Shown piece after piece: positions 24,079 to 37,928 of a stretch of 64,000 bases of DNA. Location: contig OU015568.1 of the NCBI GenBank assembly GCA_907165135.1, positions 8,122,001 through 8,186,000 of the forward strand. The letters are read 5' to 3'. Every line of letters begins with the position of its first letter. The first letter of the stretch is position 1. The translations under genes and the position numbers were made by a program. Under the pieces are notes generated by a model. That model worked only from the letters and a program-made list of their open reading frames with translations. It did not search any database and was not told where the DNA came from. Origin of the DNA: Oikopleura dioica. Lineage: Eukaryota; Animalia; Chordata.

Positions 24079-26292
24079 TCAGCTCGTGCATGAAGTATGA
24101 TACTGTATGTCTTGAGTGGTTTGGGTCGTTAGGTCTTCACAATTTTTGCGGTTCTACGGTGCTGTCGCTGGCTCAGTGAGCTTCACCGGCTTTCAAGCTG
24201 TCCAGCATGATGCTGCAAGCGTGCTCTTCGTGCTTAGGCTTGATCATGTCATAGACAAGGAGAGAGACGGAGAAGATGACGAAGATAAAGCCAGCGATGA
24301 CGACTGCGTAGTTGATTCGCTTCGTTGTGGAGTCCTTTGGCTCTGGGCCGAGCTGAACAAACGATGGAAATCGATGTCATCGTTGGGAGAATCGGTACCT
24401 TGTAGTAAAATCCAGCAGGCATGATGATGACCAGCATTGTAGCGACAGTAGCACCAGCCAAACCAAAGACGACCTTGATTCCAGGGACGAAGATGACCAT
24501 CAATACAACTGCAGTCAAAATAAAAGTCTAAATATCGGTTTATTCAATGAAAAAGCCTATTTCTCTAACCATAGTTCCGAGCCAGATCAACCATTTGAAG
24601 TCTTTTCCGCCGGGCATGTACTCTGGGCCCCAGATTCCGACGATAAGAGCTAGAAAAGATGCTAGAGAGAGGATGAAAGAAGCGTTCTTACCTTTTCTGC
24701 ATGGGTAATGGAGAAGAGGAGCTGAGAAAATAACACAAATGAGGACCATCAAACGACCGAAAAGGATAAGACGATCGTCAGGCATGTATCCTGAGTACAT
24801 GACGAAGAGTTCTGGACCAGTAGCGTTCTAAGAATGCATTAGAAAATAGCTCTTTTGGAAGATAGATACCTTGAATGTCAAATAGCCGAAGAGAGAAGCA
24901 AGCAAGTACATGATGAAAACGAGACCGATTGAAATCGTGGAAACGTACTGCATCTTCTTCTTTGATGGCTGTTTGAGCTCGGCGTAAATTGGCAAGACAG
25001 AGGCGTGGCATTGGAAGGCAAAGACCATGGTGGGGATGGCGTACGCAGATCGAAGAGTGAGAGAAATCCATTCAGAGGTGCAGCTCTGAGTCGGAACCTC
25101 GTGGTAAAATTCAGCGATAGGGTCAGCGAGCGAGCACTAAAAAGGTAATCAGAGACGAAGGACGGTGTCTTTTCTAACCGATTCGTTCTGAAGAACAAAG
25201 TTTTCATTGCTTCGGAAATTGGCAAGCAAATCTTCGTCGTATTTATCCGCAAGATAGGACTCCTAAATGGAAAAAATAAGGTAAGGTCACATGACGATGG
25301 CCTCAAACCTTTGTAAGCTCTCCCCAATCAGCGCCACACTCTTCTTCCGCTTTCTGAAACATGAACTGCCAATAACCGTCTGGCATGCTTGGCTCAAGTG
25401 GGCATGGGATTCCGGAAGACTGGAGGACGATAAGAACCGTGCAGAAAATCATGCAGCCCATGGCAAAACCTAGGAACGGCTTCAAGCTATTGAAGAAAGA
25501 AAAACGCTTACCAGAAGTGTATCCCAAGAAGGAGATATCCTTAGCAGCAGCGAGTGGACCAACAATGAACAAAACAACCATGGCGGTAAGAACATCACCA
25601 TTGGTGTACCAAGTGTCCACACAAGGGTCGATTCCAAGGAACATTTTAACGACTAAACTCGTGCGTTAGTAGCCTTGAACTTTGACTTCGTTGTACCTGG
25701 AGGGAGTTCGTATTTGCAGATGAACAAGAAGCTGACCATAGCACCAAGAGTGTGAACGGAAATGCAAATAACAGCAACTAGCTTTCCGCGCGCACCGTAA
25801 GCTGCTTCGGCGATTTGTTCGTAAGACTAGAAAAAATGATGAAGGATTTGAAAAGCTGAGGATTTCTGACGACTTACTCGGTAACCAGTAATTTGACACA
25901 TGTTAAGAAGAAGAGTAATGGCGTAGAAGGCCATTCCAGCGACTCCCATAAGCATGATAATGTAAAGGAGAATTCCAAGCGATTTGACAGCATAAGCCAA
26001 ACCAAGAATTCCAGAGCCAAGGATCGCATTCATCAAGTTGAAAATCGAGAGCAAGAAGTTCGTCTTGTAAAGGATCATTCTTTGTTTTCTCTATCATTTG
26101 TTTGTTCTCTTGTGAGCTCTATTTTTCAACCCGAGACGAGTCCAAAATGAAAAAGAAAGCGAGATGTTCCCTTTCCTTGTCCCACTCTTGCCATGACCCA
26201 GGCGATTCCTCTTCAAGTCCTGGCTTGTTAAGCGGCTCGGATTCATTGTTGTTATCGTTGAGGCCGATTTTCTCTTCATCTCTGTTCGACAT
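24079..26292 (-). CDS. SLC38 (SNAT) sodium-coupled neutral amino acid transporter
   Basis: FNLMNAILGSGILGLAYA, AFQCHASVLPIYAELK, VFGLAGAT...IMPAGFYYK motifs; multi-exon. Confidence 0.92.
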
Positions 26293-27285
26293 TTTCGACG
26301 AGGAACTGAGCGATCCGAGCAGATCTAACCGTCTAAAATCAGAACATTGATGCTTACTTCAACTCTTGCCAGCGAGGAACAAACAGATAAATCTGTAATT
26401 CAGCTGCTGCCAGACGACCTTACGGCCGGCAAAGTTGAAACATGAAATTTTGAGGCTCTTAAACACCCGTCCAAATAATTTATCCCTTCAAAGTAACGCC
26501 GGTAAAAATTTTAAGAGGCCACAAAAATTTACTACCACCGTACTTATTCTCAGTACGCTTTCTTTGATATTCTCTCGTTCCTTTTTCTCGTCGATTTTTG
26601 TCGCTTATCGCTAAGAATTTACGAAAAAATACCACTTAAATCAGCCGATGATTTTAACAGCGCAATAAAAATAAAATAAAAACGATCGGGGTCACAACTT
26701 TTTAAGGTTCAATCAGAACGCTAATGAGCTGCTCAATCTCAAAAAAGCCTCTCTAGAAAAGCACTAGAACTTCACTAATGACCCGTTGTTGGCACTAAAT
26801 CTCTTTCGTGCTCAAAACGAAAACAAATAATGTTGACACGAAGAGGATTTTACGCCAAAGTGCAAAGCAAAAAAGCGAGGCCAAATAATTGCTCAAACGG
26901 CGCAGCAAACTCTGGCTTATGAAATACTGAAAAAGTGCCAAGCTTCTGCCACTGATGATTTAAAAAAGGCAACACGCCCTCTCTTTATCTACCGAATTAA
27001 AAACTAGTCTGCAAAGCGAGACTCTGTCTAATAATCAAGGACATCTACTAATTAATTTATCATGTCGGAAATTTTAACTGTCGGGATTCCCGACTCGGGA
27101 ATTATAATTGGGAAAGGTGTTAGTTTCGATTGCCCTAATTATGATAGATCATTCCGACCATAGATTCCTCATGATCGTTGATATCCCGGATGTGATGCTT
27201 GAACTATCATATTTTATCGAGCCAGAATATATAAGTCCGTCAAAACATGCCACTTGTATCAGTCGGAAAATAGAAATCAGCACCG

Positions 27286-28128
27286 ATGGATAAAAAGATA
27301 TCCTCGATGGAGACGCCGACAGAGATACCATTCGGGCAGCATAACATCCCCACAGAAGCAGAATTTATGGAAGAGGCAAAAGAGATGCTGAATTTAGCCA
27401 AAAAGATAGATAAAAGCGTAATTTTTGGAGATAAAGAAGTCTTGGAAAGGTTGCTAAAACTGTCCCATTTGCGGGTTTGATTGAATTCTAGCAAAGCGAT
27501 TCGAATTGTCGAAGAAGATTATGAGAAGCCAGAACTGAAGAAAACATTCTCTGAAATTCTTAGATCTGGGCAAAAGTAAGCTAAAAATTACAAAAAAAAA
27601 TATTGACTGGAAATTAGAGATGAGCCTAAAACAGATGATGACGAAAAACCAAGCGAGCCGACCGAGATCGAGAAAAAATTCAGCTGGGAAGATCCCGAAT
27701 GCGTGGAAAGACTCAAAAGCATTTGGGATGATCCGGACTACTGGGAGCCTCAAGATCTAAATGGCGAAATAAAAGTGGACTTTGAAAACTGCGGCGAGTG
27801 GTTTTACTGCTGCTATGGCGAGAAATTTCCAGCTAAGAGCCACTGTAAGTCTTCTACCGTTTGAAAAATGGTTAAAATCATCTTAGATTGGCCAACAAAG
27901 CAGACAGAACGGGCAAAACCCGTTTTGCGCCGGCACAGATGCATGAAAAAACGCTACGAAAAGTGGACAAACAAGATGATCGAATTAGGCAAAATTCGCG
28001 GCAGAAGACTCGCCGCTAAAACTCGACGAAAAGCTCTCGAGAAAAAGGAACTTGAGCGACGAAAACAAGTCGGAGAAAAAACGCCTAAAAAGGTCCCTGG
28101 TGGTCCCAAGAATTCAAAACGAAAATAA
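27286..28128 (+). CDS. Unknown protein, about four exons, basic C-terminus
   Basis: Successive exons with GT..AG joins read open (MDKKISSMETP..., WEDPECVERLKSIWDDPDYWEP..., KKRYEKWTNKM...KRK*); no domain recognised. Confidence 0.5.
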
Positions 28129-28185
28129 AAAAGAAAAAGAGAAATTCAGAAATTGAAAAAGACAGTTTATGCGCAAGTCCAAAAT

Positions 28186-30345
28186 TCATGAAGAAATCAG
28201 TGTCAAATCTCCCGTGCCTTCAAAATAAACAGATACCAATGATTTCTTGAGTTCATTCTGCGCTTCGTTTTCATCATTTTCGAATTCGGAAATGTTAAAT
28301 TTCGGCTGCAATTTACAGACTTCCTTTTCTGAGTTCCAAATTCGCAGGGCTTCGTCATAAATCGACGCGAGAAGGGATCCATCGGCGTTGTAAGAAAGCT
28401 GCGTTGCGACTTGAGTGGTTGCGTATTCTAGCGTTGCTCGAGCTTCTTTGAGGTCGTAGACGCGTATCGTTCCGTCTCTATAGCTGGCCGCCACTTCACG
28501 GCCGTTGGGATTCATTGAAACAGACAGGACTGCTGTTTCGAGGCCTCCTTGTTCGCCTTTTGGATCGATTCCAAAAACGCGCTGGCATTTGGCAGTGTTC
28601 ACGTCCCACAGACGCACGGATCCATCATCAGAGCCTGTCAGAACGTAGTTCGAGTTCGGATGGAAGGCCACCGTGTTGACAGCGTCTGATAAAAAATAAG
28701 ATTTATTGAATAATCCATCAATCAGATATAGAGGTAATTAATCCAAGTCCAGGACAATTGGTTGCTTCCTAAATCAATGATGTCCTGTTAAAATTACTCG
28801 TTATGTAATGATGATCACAAGACAAAGTTTGCAGCTAGTGATAGTTATAACTATGGCATGCTTTTGCTTACAGATTGTTTGAGAAAATTTCGTAAAATTA
28901 TCATGGTAACTTTTCCTCTATAAAAATTCTCATTAAATATCCATGCATTCAATTATGTTGCAAAATCTTAATTGAGCTTTTTTCGCCGACCTACGTCTAT
29001 AATAAAAAGGTGTACAAATGTTTATTGCTTATTATGAGGTGTTATAAAATTTCAAAATGCTTTTTCTGAGTCCTTTTTTCGAAAAAGATATTTAGATATT
29101 TTTGAAGGAAAGAAAAACAAACCTAAATGTCCAACAAACACTCGTAAGTTTTGATCAGATTCGATTCTCCACAATCGAGCAGTAGTATCGTCCGAGGCAG
29201 TAGCAAAGTAAAGATCAAGCGAGGAAGCAGCAATATCAGTGACATGTGACGTGTGGCCGCGGTAGATAAAGTCGAGGGAGACGGCGCCTTCTCTAGAATT
29301 GATGAATTCGGACGTGTTCCACAGCCGAACTGTTCTGTCTCTGCCGCCAGTGAGGAGATAATCGCTGTGGCGGAGAAAGGTGGACGCAAAAACGGGGCCA
29401 GAGTGAGATTTGAGGTCGATCTTGACCTTGCGTTTTACATCGACCAAGGTGGTAATGCTGTCACTCCTACAGCAGGCGAGAAACTTTTTGTTAAACGCAG
29501 TCGAGCAGCAAGTAACTTTATTCGGCAGCGAAAGGGAGTAATGATCAATGTCGGAAATGTACGGGTCGAAGGTGTCCGTCATTTCGCGAAGCTTAGGAGG
29601 AATTTGAAGAGCGGCTCTTCCGCATTTTCTTCGACAGGGTCGTTTTCTGGAGGAGTCAGCGGAGAAATCTCGGAGGTCGATTCGGCTTGACTCTCGACGA
29701 TGCTGGTGTCGAATTTGATCGAGAGGGAAGTTATTGCTACTTTCAGATGGATTCGCAAAGTTTTTTGACAAATAAGTGCTCCTAAATTGTCGATTTGGGA
29801 GAATTTCCGAAAGGAACTTTGTCTTACTAAATATTATTATTGTTTTAATCCGCTCCTAAAATAGGAAACTGCGAAGCAAACGAGCAAAAATCTTCATGTT
29901 CGACCGGATGAACGTTGATCTCTTTCTTCGATTGAATAAAAGCAAGATAATCTCCCGAGTTGACCAGATTTCTTATCCGCGACGAATCTTGTTGATTTTG
30001 GAGCGAGGCGTAAACTTCCTCCAAAACTTGGTTTTTCAACAACTCAAGATTTCGATCTTCTCCGCACTCTGTCTCCAAAATTGCCAACAACGACTCTTTT
30101 TAGGGATAAAAAATAAATAATAAAAACCCACAAGAAACTAAAATTTTCCCATCGCCTAAACAACACGAATCAAGGGCGATTTTATAAGCGACATGAATTT
30201 GCAGAATCTGCTTGACTTCATTGATCCAGGGAAACAAATCCGAATCCGCGAAGGCGAGAAATTCTTCGACAGCTCGGGGCGTGTTAAAAACGCCTTCGGG
30301 CGTGAGCGACGGGCGAAATCGGCGTTTTTGAGCGCGCTCGGACAT
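28186..30345 (-). CDS. TAF5/TAF5L-family WD40 protein
   Basis: HSGPVFASTF..YLLTGGRDRTVRLW, GHTSHVTDI..YFATASDDTTARLW, GHL-DAVNTVAFHPNSNYVLTGSDDGSVRLWDV in TAF5 order; short N-terminal domain. Confidence 0.85.
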
Positions 30346-30909
30346 TTTTTCGAGACTTTCCTCTAGAAATATTTAAAAAGACCGTATTAAATCAATTTTT
30401 TTCAATTAATTGTGCCGAAAAATTAATCATTTTTATTGATTCTTTAAATTACTGAATAATGACAATAATAGTCAATTAAAATTATTAGTAACACAATTAA
30501 TTGTAATTTAAATCATACCTAGCGGAAGATTCTTAATAAAATTCGCATTTTCTTCGCCATTCTCAATAAATCCTCTTTTCTGAAGTTTATCAAAGACCAA
30601 ATCTTCAATTTGTCGATTCCTCTTTATACTCCTCATCTTCCACCAGCTTTTGCGTCAATCTGAGATTATTCAGTCAAAGGAGCGAGATGGAATGAAAGCA
30701 GCGCAGTCTCGATTCTCATTCGACAATTGTTACTACGATGACTCAGCGCCAGAGAATGATGAAAACTTAGCGCGAGGTGCCTTTTTTCGACCGTTTGTTT
30801 CGTTTTCGACTGGAATGGAGAATGTCTGGGAGAATCGATCAACTGTCAACCGAAATGATAAGAAACTGATGACGAAAAAATAAGAAAAAGATTGAAGATT
30901 CCAAAAAAA

Positions 30910-32060
30910 AATTAAAATAAAATGATAGCATTATCATATTAATTGAAAACACCAAAAACTCGTTCATGTAACATTTTATTGAAATGACGTTTTTCTTATA
31001 TTATAAAATTTGATTCTTTTCTTAAAAATAAAATGATTGCAACATCTTATCTTTTAGTGAACAGCACGCTGGAATGCTTCAACTGCTTCGTGTATTGTTC
31101 GAGATAAATTTTTAACAAATGAAAATAAAATGATAGCAATTTCTTTATATAAAACAATATGCATGCCTCGCCCGAAATTACCTATGGTAGGCACTTTTCT
31201 TCATAAAAATAATGATTTTTGATTATTTTAAAAACAAAAAAATGTAAAGCGAAATAACTGTGACTTCTATCTTGTCTCGGACATCTTCGCTAAATGATAG
31301 CTTTATTTGATGAAAAATTATAAAATGAACTCAAAAGCAAAAACTCTCTCACTTATGCTGTTGTCACATAATTATCAAAAGTAAAATGAAAACAATATCA
31401 ATGCTCTTTATAATTGCGAAAGTACGTTCAAAAATTCTTCTCTTCAAGAATAATGTTGATTCCTTTAAAATTGAGCCTCTTTTTGTGATAATAAAATGAT
31501 AGCAAAAGAACTGCAAATTCCATCTTGCCTCAGCGATCTCAAATTTTCCCTTACTTTTTGTGAAACTGACTCCTTGAAATGGACACTGAAACCCTATTTT
31601 CAACGAAATTTATTGTGACAGTTGAATAAATGAATTAAATCAAAACAAACAGCGTTATTTTTGTCTTTAGAATGGACATGTCGATGAGTGGCTTTAAATC
31701 CTATAAAATGGATTCTTGAGAAAAAATACGTTCTACAGGCCGGTTGTCAGCTATTCCTTGTTTTGAATAAATAAAAGAATAAAAATATAAATGAATATAA
31801 CTAAAATGAATGCACCTCTAAACGATCTTTCTGAAATTCTGTTGTCACTGCCCAAAATATTTCAAATTCGTACCTAAGAATTTAATAATCAAAATGAATA
31901 TTTGAAATTTTTAGTTATTTTTATCTTTTTAGAATGAAATCGTCTATGATCGGCTCTACATTTTTTAAAATGAAATCTTGAGAAAAACTACGCTCTGAAA
32001 TTCTGTTATCAGGGGTTGTCTTTTTATCCCGAAACTAAATATAAACTGACTTATAAAATG
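30910..32060. repeat. AT-rich degenerate repeats between divergent genes
   Basis: AAAATAAAATGATAGCA-like motif recurs near 30914, 31026, 31122, 31290 and 31490; a second motif family (tcttgagaaaaa.tacg, tctgaaattctgtt) occurs at 31670-32010. Confidence 0.45.
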
Positions 32061-32136
32061 ACACTGCATAAATTCAATATAAATGAATAAAAAAAAAGAT
32101 GAAGCTCACTCCCTTACAAGCCTGTGTTTTTTTAGA

Positions 32137-34385
32137 ATGGAGTCGGAAGGCGTGTTCACCGATATTTTCCCGGCGGAATGGGCTGCCGACCCGGATTTCT
32201 GCGAATATCTCCAAGAACTCAGCGGCTATCCTCTCGCTACTCTGAAAAAAGAACCAGAACGGCTGGCCGAAGCGCGCGAAGAAAATCAAAATCAAACGCA
32301 AGAACTCGCGTTTAAGAATTACAAGACTTTCATTCAAACGGCAGACTGCACGAGAGACGTTTTCTCAGAATTTTCAACTGTTGAAGGAAGACTCGAAAAT
32401 CTCCTGGAGCATCTTCCTGGCGCAATTGACAACTGGTAATTTTTCCCTTTCATCACTTCCCCCTCTTATTCTTTGATTCTAGCAATGCTTTCCACGAAAA
32501 AGTCTCGACAATTTCCCACGATCGCAAAATGAACAACTTGACGAAATTGCGCTACACCGAGCTTCTAGAGCTTCTGGAAGTACCTCAGCTTGTCGACACA
32601 ACCGTCAGAAATGGCTACTACGAAGAAGCGCTCGAACTTATCGAGTTTATCCGAAAACTTGAACGGGTAACGAACTTGTTTCCTCCTTTTCAAATGATAA
32701 AAATATCCCTAGAAATTTTCTCATATTGAAATCATCGCTAATATCGTTCGCGCTGTCAAGGCATCGTCTCATCTTTTGCTCAATCATCTTCTTTCACAAC
32801 TCAAGGTACCTTCATCAACCCCGAGACCTTCTTCATTATCTTTCCTTCAGACAAATGTTCAACTCCCCGCCTGTCTTCGAATCATCAGCTATCTGCGCCG
32901 AATGAACTGTTTCTCCGAAGCCGAGTTGCGAATCAAGTTCCTCCAAGCGCGCGACTTCTGGCTCCAAACAAATCTGAAAGCGATTCCTGACAACGATCCT
33001 CACACGCACATAACAAAAACTATCGAAGCTTGCAGAGTGCACATGTTCGACATTATTACTCAATACAGGGCAATCTTTTCGGATGATCATAGTGGCGAGG
33101 GAACTCAGGAAAGAGGTTCAAAATTAGAATAAATGGTCAATTTTGTTCTCTAAGCATTTCTCTAAATATCCCAGTAATGAAGTAAGAAAGCAAATTGAAA
33201 ACCTAAAAAAGTCCTTGCTCTTCCACTCCTGGGTCGTTCGAAAAGTCAACGAGTTCCTGGAAGTGCTGAAGACCGACTTGGATCGCGGCTGCGCTTCTCA
33301 CCTAGAAGCAATTCTAGCGCAGTCCATGTACTTTGGGCTCTCTTTCTCGCGCGTCGGCGCTGATTTCCGCCCCCTACTGATGCCAATTTTCATGGACGCA
33401 GCAGAAAAGTACTTTGACGATCAAATTTCAAAAGCAGAACAGGACTTTCTCCATTACATGGCGCATTTTCAACTGGCGGAATCGGTGTCGCTCTTTTCGA
33501 CGCCAATTGCTTCGGGTGGCATCGGAATTTCCTTGCAACCGCCGACCTCGTTGTTAGAGTTCATTCCATTAGCCGTCCTGGCGAACGGATGCCAAACTGC
33601 ATTTTCCAACCTAAGACTGTGCTGCCCGATCGCATTAGCGCCCAAGGTCAAAGGTCGGCTCAAAAGAATGGCGAATGCAGTAATCGAGCGGATTATCCAA
33701 CTCCATCGCGCCGAAGCTGTCTCTTTTACCAGTCGCGAAAAGGAGTCATTTACGAAACTCTGCTCCACCGTCATCAGCGAGTTCTTGCCATTTATCAACA
33801 CTTGCTTGTCAAATCTCTTCCCGGCGGCCACTCTCGCTGCGAGTTTAGGAATTCCCGTCCGAGAATCTGTTGAAATTTACTCTTTGGACGTAGCAACGAT
33901 CTGCAAAAGACTCCAACAGCATGTCCCTACAGAAGAAGACAGTACGACTGAAGTTCAAACAAAACCGAAAGAAGAGAAAATTCCAGAAACCGCGATCACA
34001 GAAAATGGCGATTCGCAGCAGACACCAGAACTAGCTCAAGAAAACCAACTAGACGAATCAAAGCAAGAGGAAAAATCAGAGGAAGCTCAAGGAAAGGATA
34101 ACTAACATCTATTTGTCCACTAATCGCTTGTAAAAATAGCAGTTTGAGCATTTGCATGTAACTAATAAGTACTAATTTAACCTCATAAAAGAACCTGCTC
34201 CTCTTGAAAACGCTGAAACTCCAGCTGAATCTGAAGCTTCTCAAATGCCCCCTGAGCAGTCTCAACCAGAAAACGCTCCAGAAGAATCTGAAAATGTTCC
34301 AGAAGAAAATCAACCCGAGACAGTTCCTCAGCCTGAGCCAGAGCCGGAATCAGAACCACAAGAAAAACAAGACGAAAACGATTAA
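32137..34385 (+). CDS. COG8: Conserved oligomeric Golgi complex subunit 8
   Basis: [71 protein letters not shown]; a final acidic exon 34192-34385 needs a GA..AG intron. Confidence 0.93.
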
Positions 34386-35054
34386 AAACACGCCCTTCAA
34401 AACTCCCTTTTCTTTCTGTATCAATCCTCTTTACTGGTGTGCAATATATTTTCCGCTTTTATATTTATATAAACTAAATATTGAATCAATGGCAAATCAC
34501 CTCTTTATTTTTTAAATTGCGAACTCTATCTTCCTCAGAGAACGATTTATATTTGGGTGATTAGGTTAACCCAATGAGCTATTCTTACTCGCGCGGCGAC
34601 TACGATTTTCTGGGCGTTGACCTAACCCGCGATTTACTACTTTTTTCGCGCTTGAATGAAGTGCTTGAATAACCGACCGAAGGGCAGCTATTATTCATTC
34701 CATACCTCAAATGTTTGCCTTTACCTCGTTCTGACATTTGGCAACATTTCGGCGCCCGGCGTGAAGAGAAAATATTATGCAGAATAAATGATAATTAACT
34801 TCTCATCTACTAACAGAGCACTTATCAGCACATAAACTAAAATGGTAAGCAATGTTAAATTACCAATATTCTGAAGAAAATCTTCGATTCATATTAAATT
34901 ACGCAGGTCGCAAAGGAATTCGATGATGTCAGCAAAGTTTAAAATGCAAACTTACTAGTTATGTAACATTCTAGACCGCAAGCTTCAAAGTTTGTCAGCG
35001 CTAAGGAAATCTTAAATTAAAATTGAACAGTAAATAAGCAGTTTTGTTTTCAGA

Positions 35055-37605
35055 ATGTTCCGAAAAGTGAACCGACTCTCGGCTCGCTCTGCCCACAACT
35101 GGCAGAAGGACATTTACAAGACTGTGACGTACGATCCCAACGAGCCCCAGTTTGACAAGATTCTCGTCGCCAACCGTGGAGAAATCGCATGCCGCGTCTT
35201 CAAGACCGCAAAAGAAATGGGAATCAAGACCGTGTCGGTCTACTCTGAGGCGGACGCGCAGACCGTGCACGCCAACATGGCGGACGAAAGGGTTTGCGTT
35301 GGACCAGCGCCAACTAACGAGTCCTACCTCAGAATGGACAGAATCATTGAGGCAATCAGTAAGTCAGACAAAAAACTTGATTCGAGTGAAAATCTATCGG
35401 TGCCTTTTGTTTAGAAATTTTTATTTGAAAGAGTGATTCAGAATCATCTTTCACGCTCGGCTCAGACGATCGTTAATTTTCTTTTTCCCAACAGTCCTAC
35501 TCGCCCGTATCACTATTTTCAGAGAAGACTGGAGCTCAAGCTGTCCATCCTGGGTATGGCTTTCTCTCCGAAAACGCCGATTTTGCCACCAAGCTCAAGG
35601 AAAACGGAATCACCTTCATCGGACCCCCTAATGAGGCGATTATTGCGATGGGAGACAAGATTGAGTCCAAAGTTGTGGCTGAAAAGGCCGGTGTCAATGT
35701 TATCCCTGGATTTAACGGTGTTGTCAAAGAGTAAGAAAAATATGACTTCATTTTTATGAAATTAATAATTAAGTTTGGACCACGCTCTTGAAATCTCCAA
35801 CGATATCGGTTATCCAGTCATGATCAAAGCCTCTGCTGGTGGCGGAGGAAAGGGCATGCGAGTTGCATGGAACGATGATGAAGCAAAAGAGGGGTATGGA
35901 AAAAGAAGGAATGAAGTTAAATATTAAAAACACTTTTAGATACTATCTCTCGAAGCAAGAAGCTGCTTCTTCCTTCGGTGACGATCGATTGCTTATTGAG
36001 AAATTCGTTGACAATCCTAGACATATCGAACTTCAGGTTAATAAAACAACATCGAAGTAGAGTTGAAAATATTAATCTTCAGATCCTTGCTGACAAACAC
36101 GGCAACGTCGTCTACTTAAACGAGCGAGAATGCTCCGTCCAGCGACGAAACCAAAAAGTCGTCGAAGAAGCTCCTTCCGTCTTCGTTGACCCTGATCTTC
36201 GAGCTCGAATGGGCAAGCAGGTACCTGATTCACTTGAGAATTTATAATTTTAAAAACTTCCAGGCTTGCGATCTTGCCCGAGCTGTCGGATACCACTCGG
36301 CTGGTACTGTCGAGTTCTTGGTCGATTCTCAGAAGAACTTTTACTTTTTGGAAATGAACACTCGTCTTCAGGTATTTTCTTTCCAAATGTAAAGTTTTAA
36401 ATCCTCTTTTAGGTCGAGCATCCAATTACGGAATGCATCACCGGAGTCGATCTTGTGCGAGAAATGTTCCGTGTCGCTTACGGCCATCCCCTTTCCATCA
36501 CGCAGGACGACATCAAGATCCACGGTTGGGCTGTCGAATCGCGAGTTTACGCCGAAGACCCAACCAAGCAATTCGGTCTTCCCTCTGTTGGTCGACTTCA
36601 TCGGTACCAGGAACCAAATGAGTTGCCCGGAACTAGATGCGATTCTGGTAAAAATTTTTTCTGATTGATTCAAGCAAATTCTTTGTTTAGGCATCAAAGA
36701 AGGTTCTGAAATTTCGATCTACTATGATGCCATGATCTCCAAGCTTGTCACTTATGCTGACACGCGTGAAGAAGCTCTCAAGCGAATGGAAAAGGCTTTG
36801 GACTCGTACGTCATCCGAGGCGTCACTCACAACGCATCGCTTCTCCAAGAGATCATCAAGCACCCCAACTTCCTCTCTGGCGACATTACCACTAACTTCT
36901 TGTACGAACACTACCCTGAAGGATTCCACGTAAGAAACTTTTTATAAACTAACAGCTGTTTAACAAAATCTGCTTTAGGGAAAACAGTTAACGCCAGAAG
37001 AAACAACTCGTGTTCTCTCGATCGCTTCTGCTCTTTACTACACCCGACTTGCCTCCCGCCTCAACTACACTTCCTCTGAGCGTCACTTGATCAAGAGAAA
37101 GCCGATTTCCAGCTTTTCTGCGATCGTCAATGATACCGCTGCGAATATCAACGTCACTGAGTCAGGCAACCAACTCCTTATCAGTGTTGATGGCGCTGAC
37201 GCTGTTGCTTATCCCTCGCCCAATGTTTCTGACTCTGTTATTCATTTCAACGACGATATCGTCCAACCAATCAAGCTCACCAACGAATCCATCACGATCC
37301 AATTCGAAGGTTCCGTCTTCACCATTTCTATTCTTCCAAGCAAGGCCCGAGAGCTCGAGAAGTTGATGCCAGAGAAGCCAAAGGAAGATCTCGCTGGAAA
37401 GCTCATCTCTCCCATGCCCGGTACCGTCATTTCCATCGACGTCGCCGTCGGTGATATGGTCGCTGCTGGCCAGACTTGCGCAGTTGTCGAAGCAATGAAA
37501 ATGCAGAACGCACTTTCTGTCTCTCGTGATGGAAAGGTTAAGGCTATCCACGTCGCTAGCGGTGAGAAGGTCGCCGATGGTGATCTTCTTATCGAGTTGG
37601 AGTAA
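35055..37605 (+). CDS. PCCA: Propionyl-CoA carboxylase alpha chain (biotin carboxylase + BCCP)
   Basis: [68 protein letters not shown], biotinylation motif EAMKMQN. Confidence 0.93.
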
Positions 37606-37928
37606 GAACTTTGCTTCTATTTATCTATTACACTCAACTTCTAAAAGCTAAAAGTAGCTAAAAATCGCAACTAAAATCATCTTGCCTAAAATCCCTCGAA
37701 ATCGTTTATTAATTCAACGTTTGTCTGTTTCTTTGATTGGAACTTCTTTTTACCTACGTTTGATCCTGATACAATAACTTATTTATTATCTACTATCCAA
37801 AGTATTACTACCCTGTTCTACACACGTTAAGTTCAAAAGCTATATTTCTGGAATTATGGTGCGAAAACGATATCATAAAATAATTTTTTAGAAAAAACTT
37901 TTTCCATTCAAGCTTCTGTTACTTTAGA

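Noticed and set aside
30650-30883. 77-aa ORF as a possible peptide gene
   Set aside because: No signal peptide, cleavage pattern or splice support.
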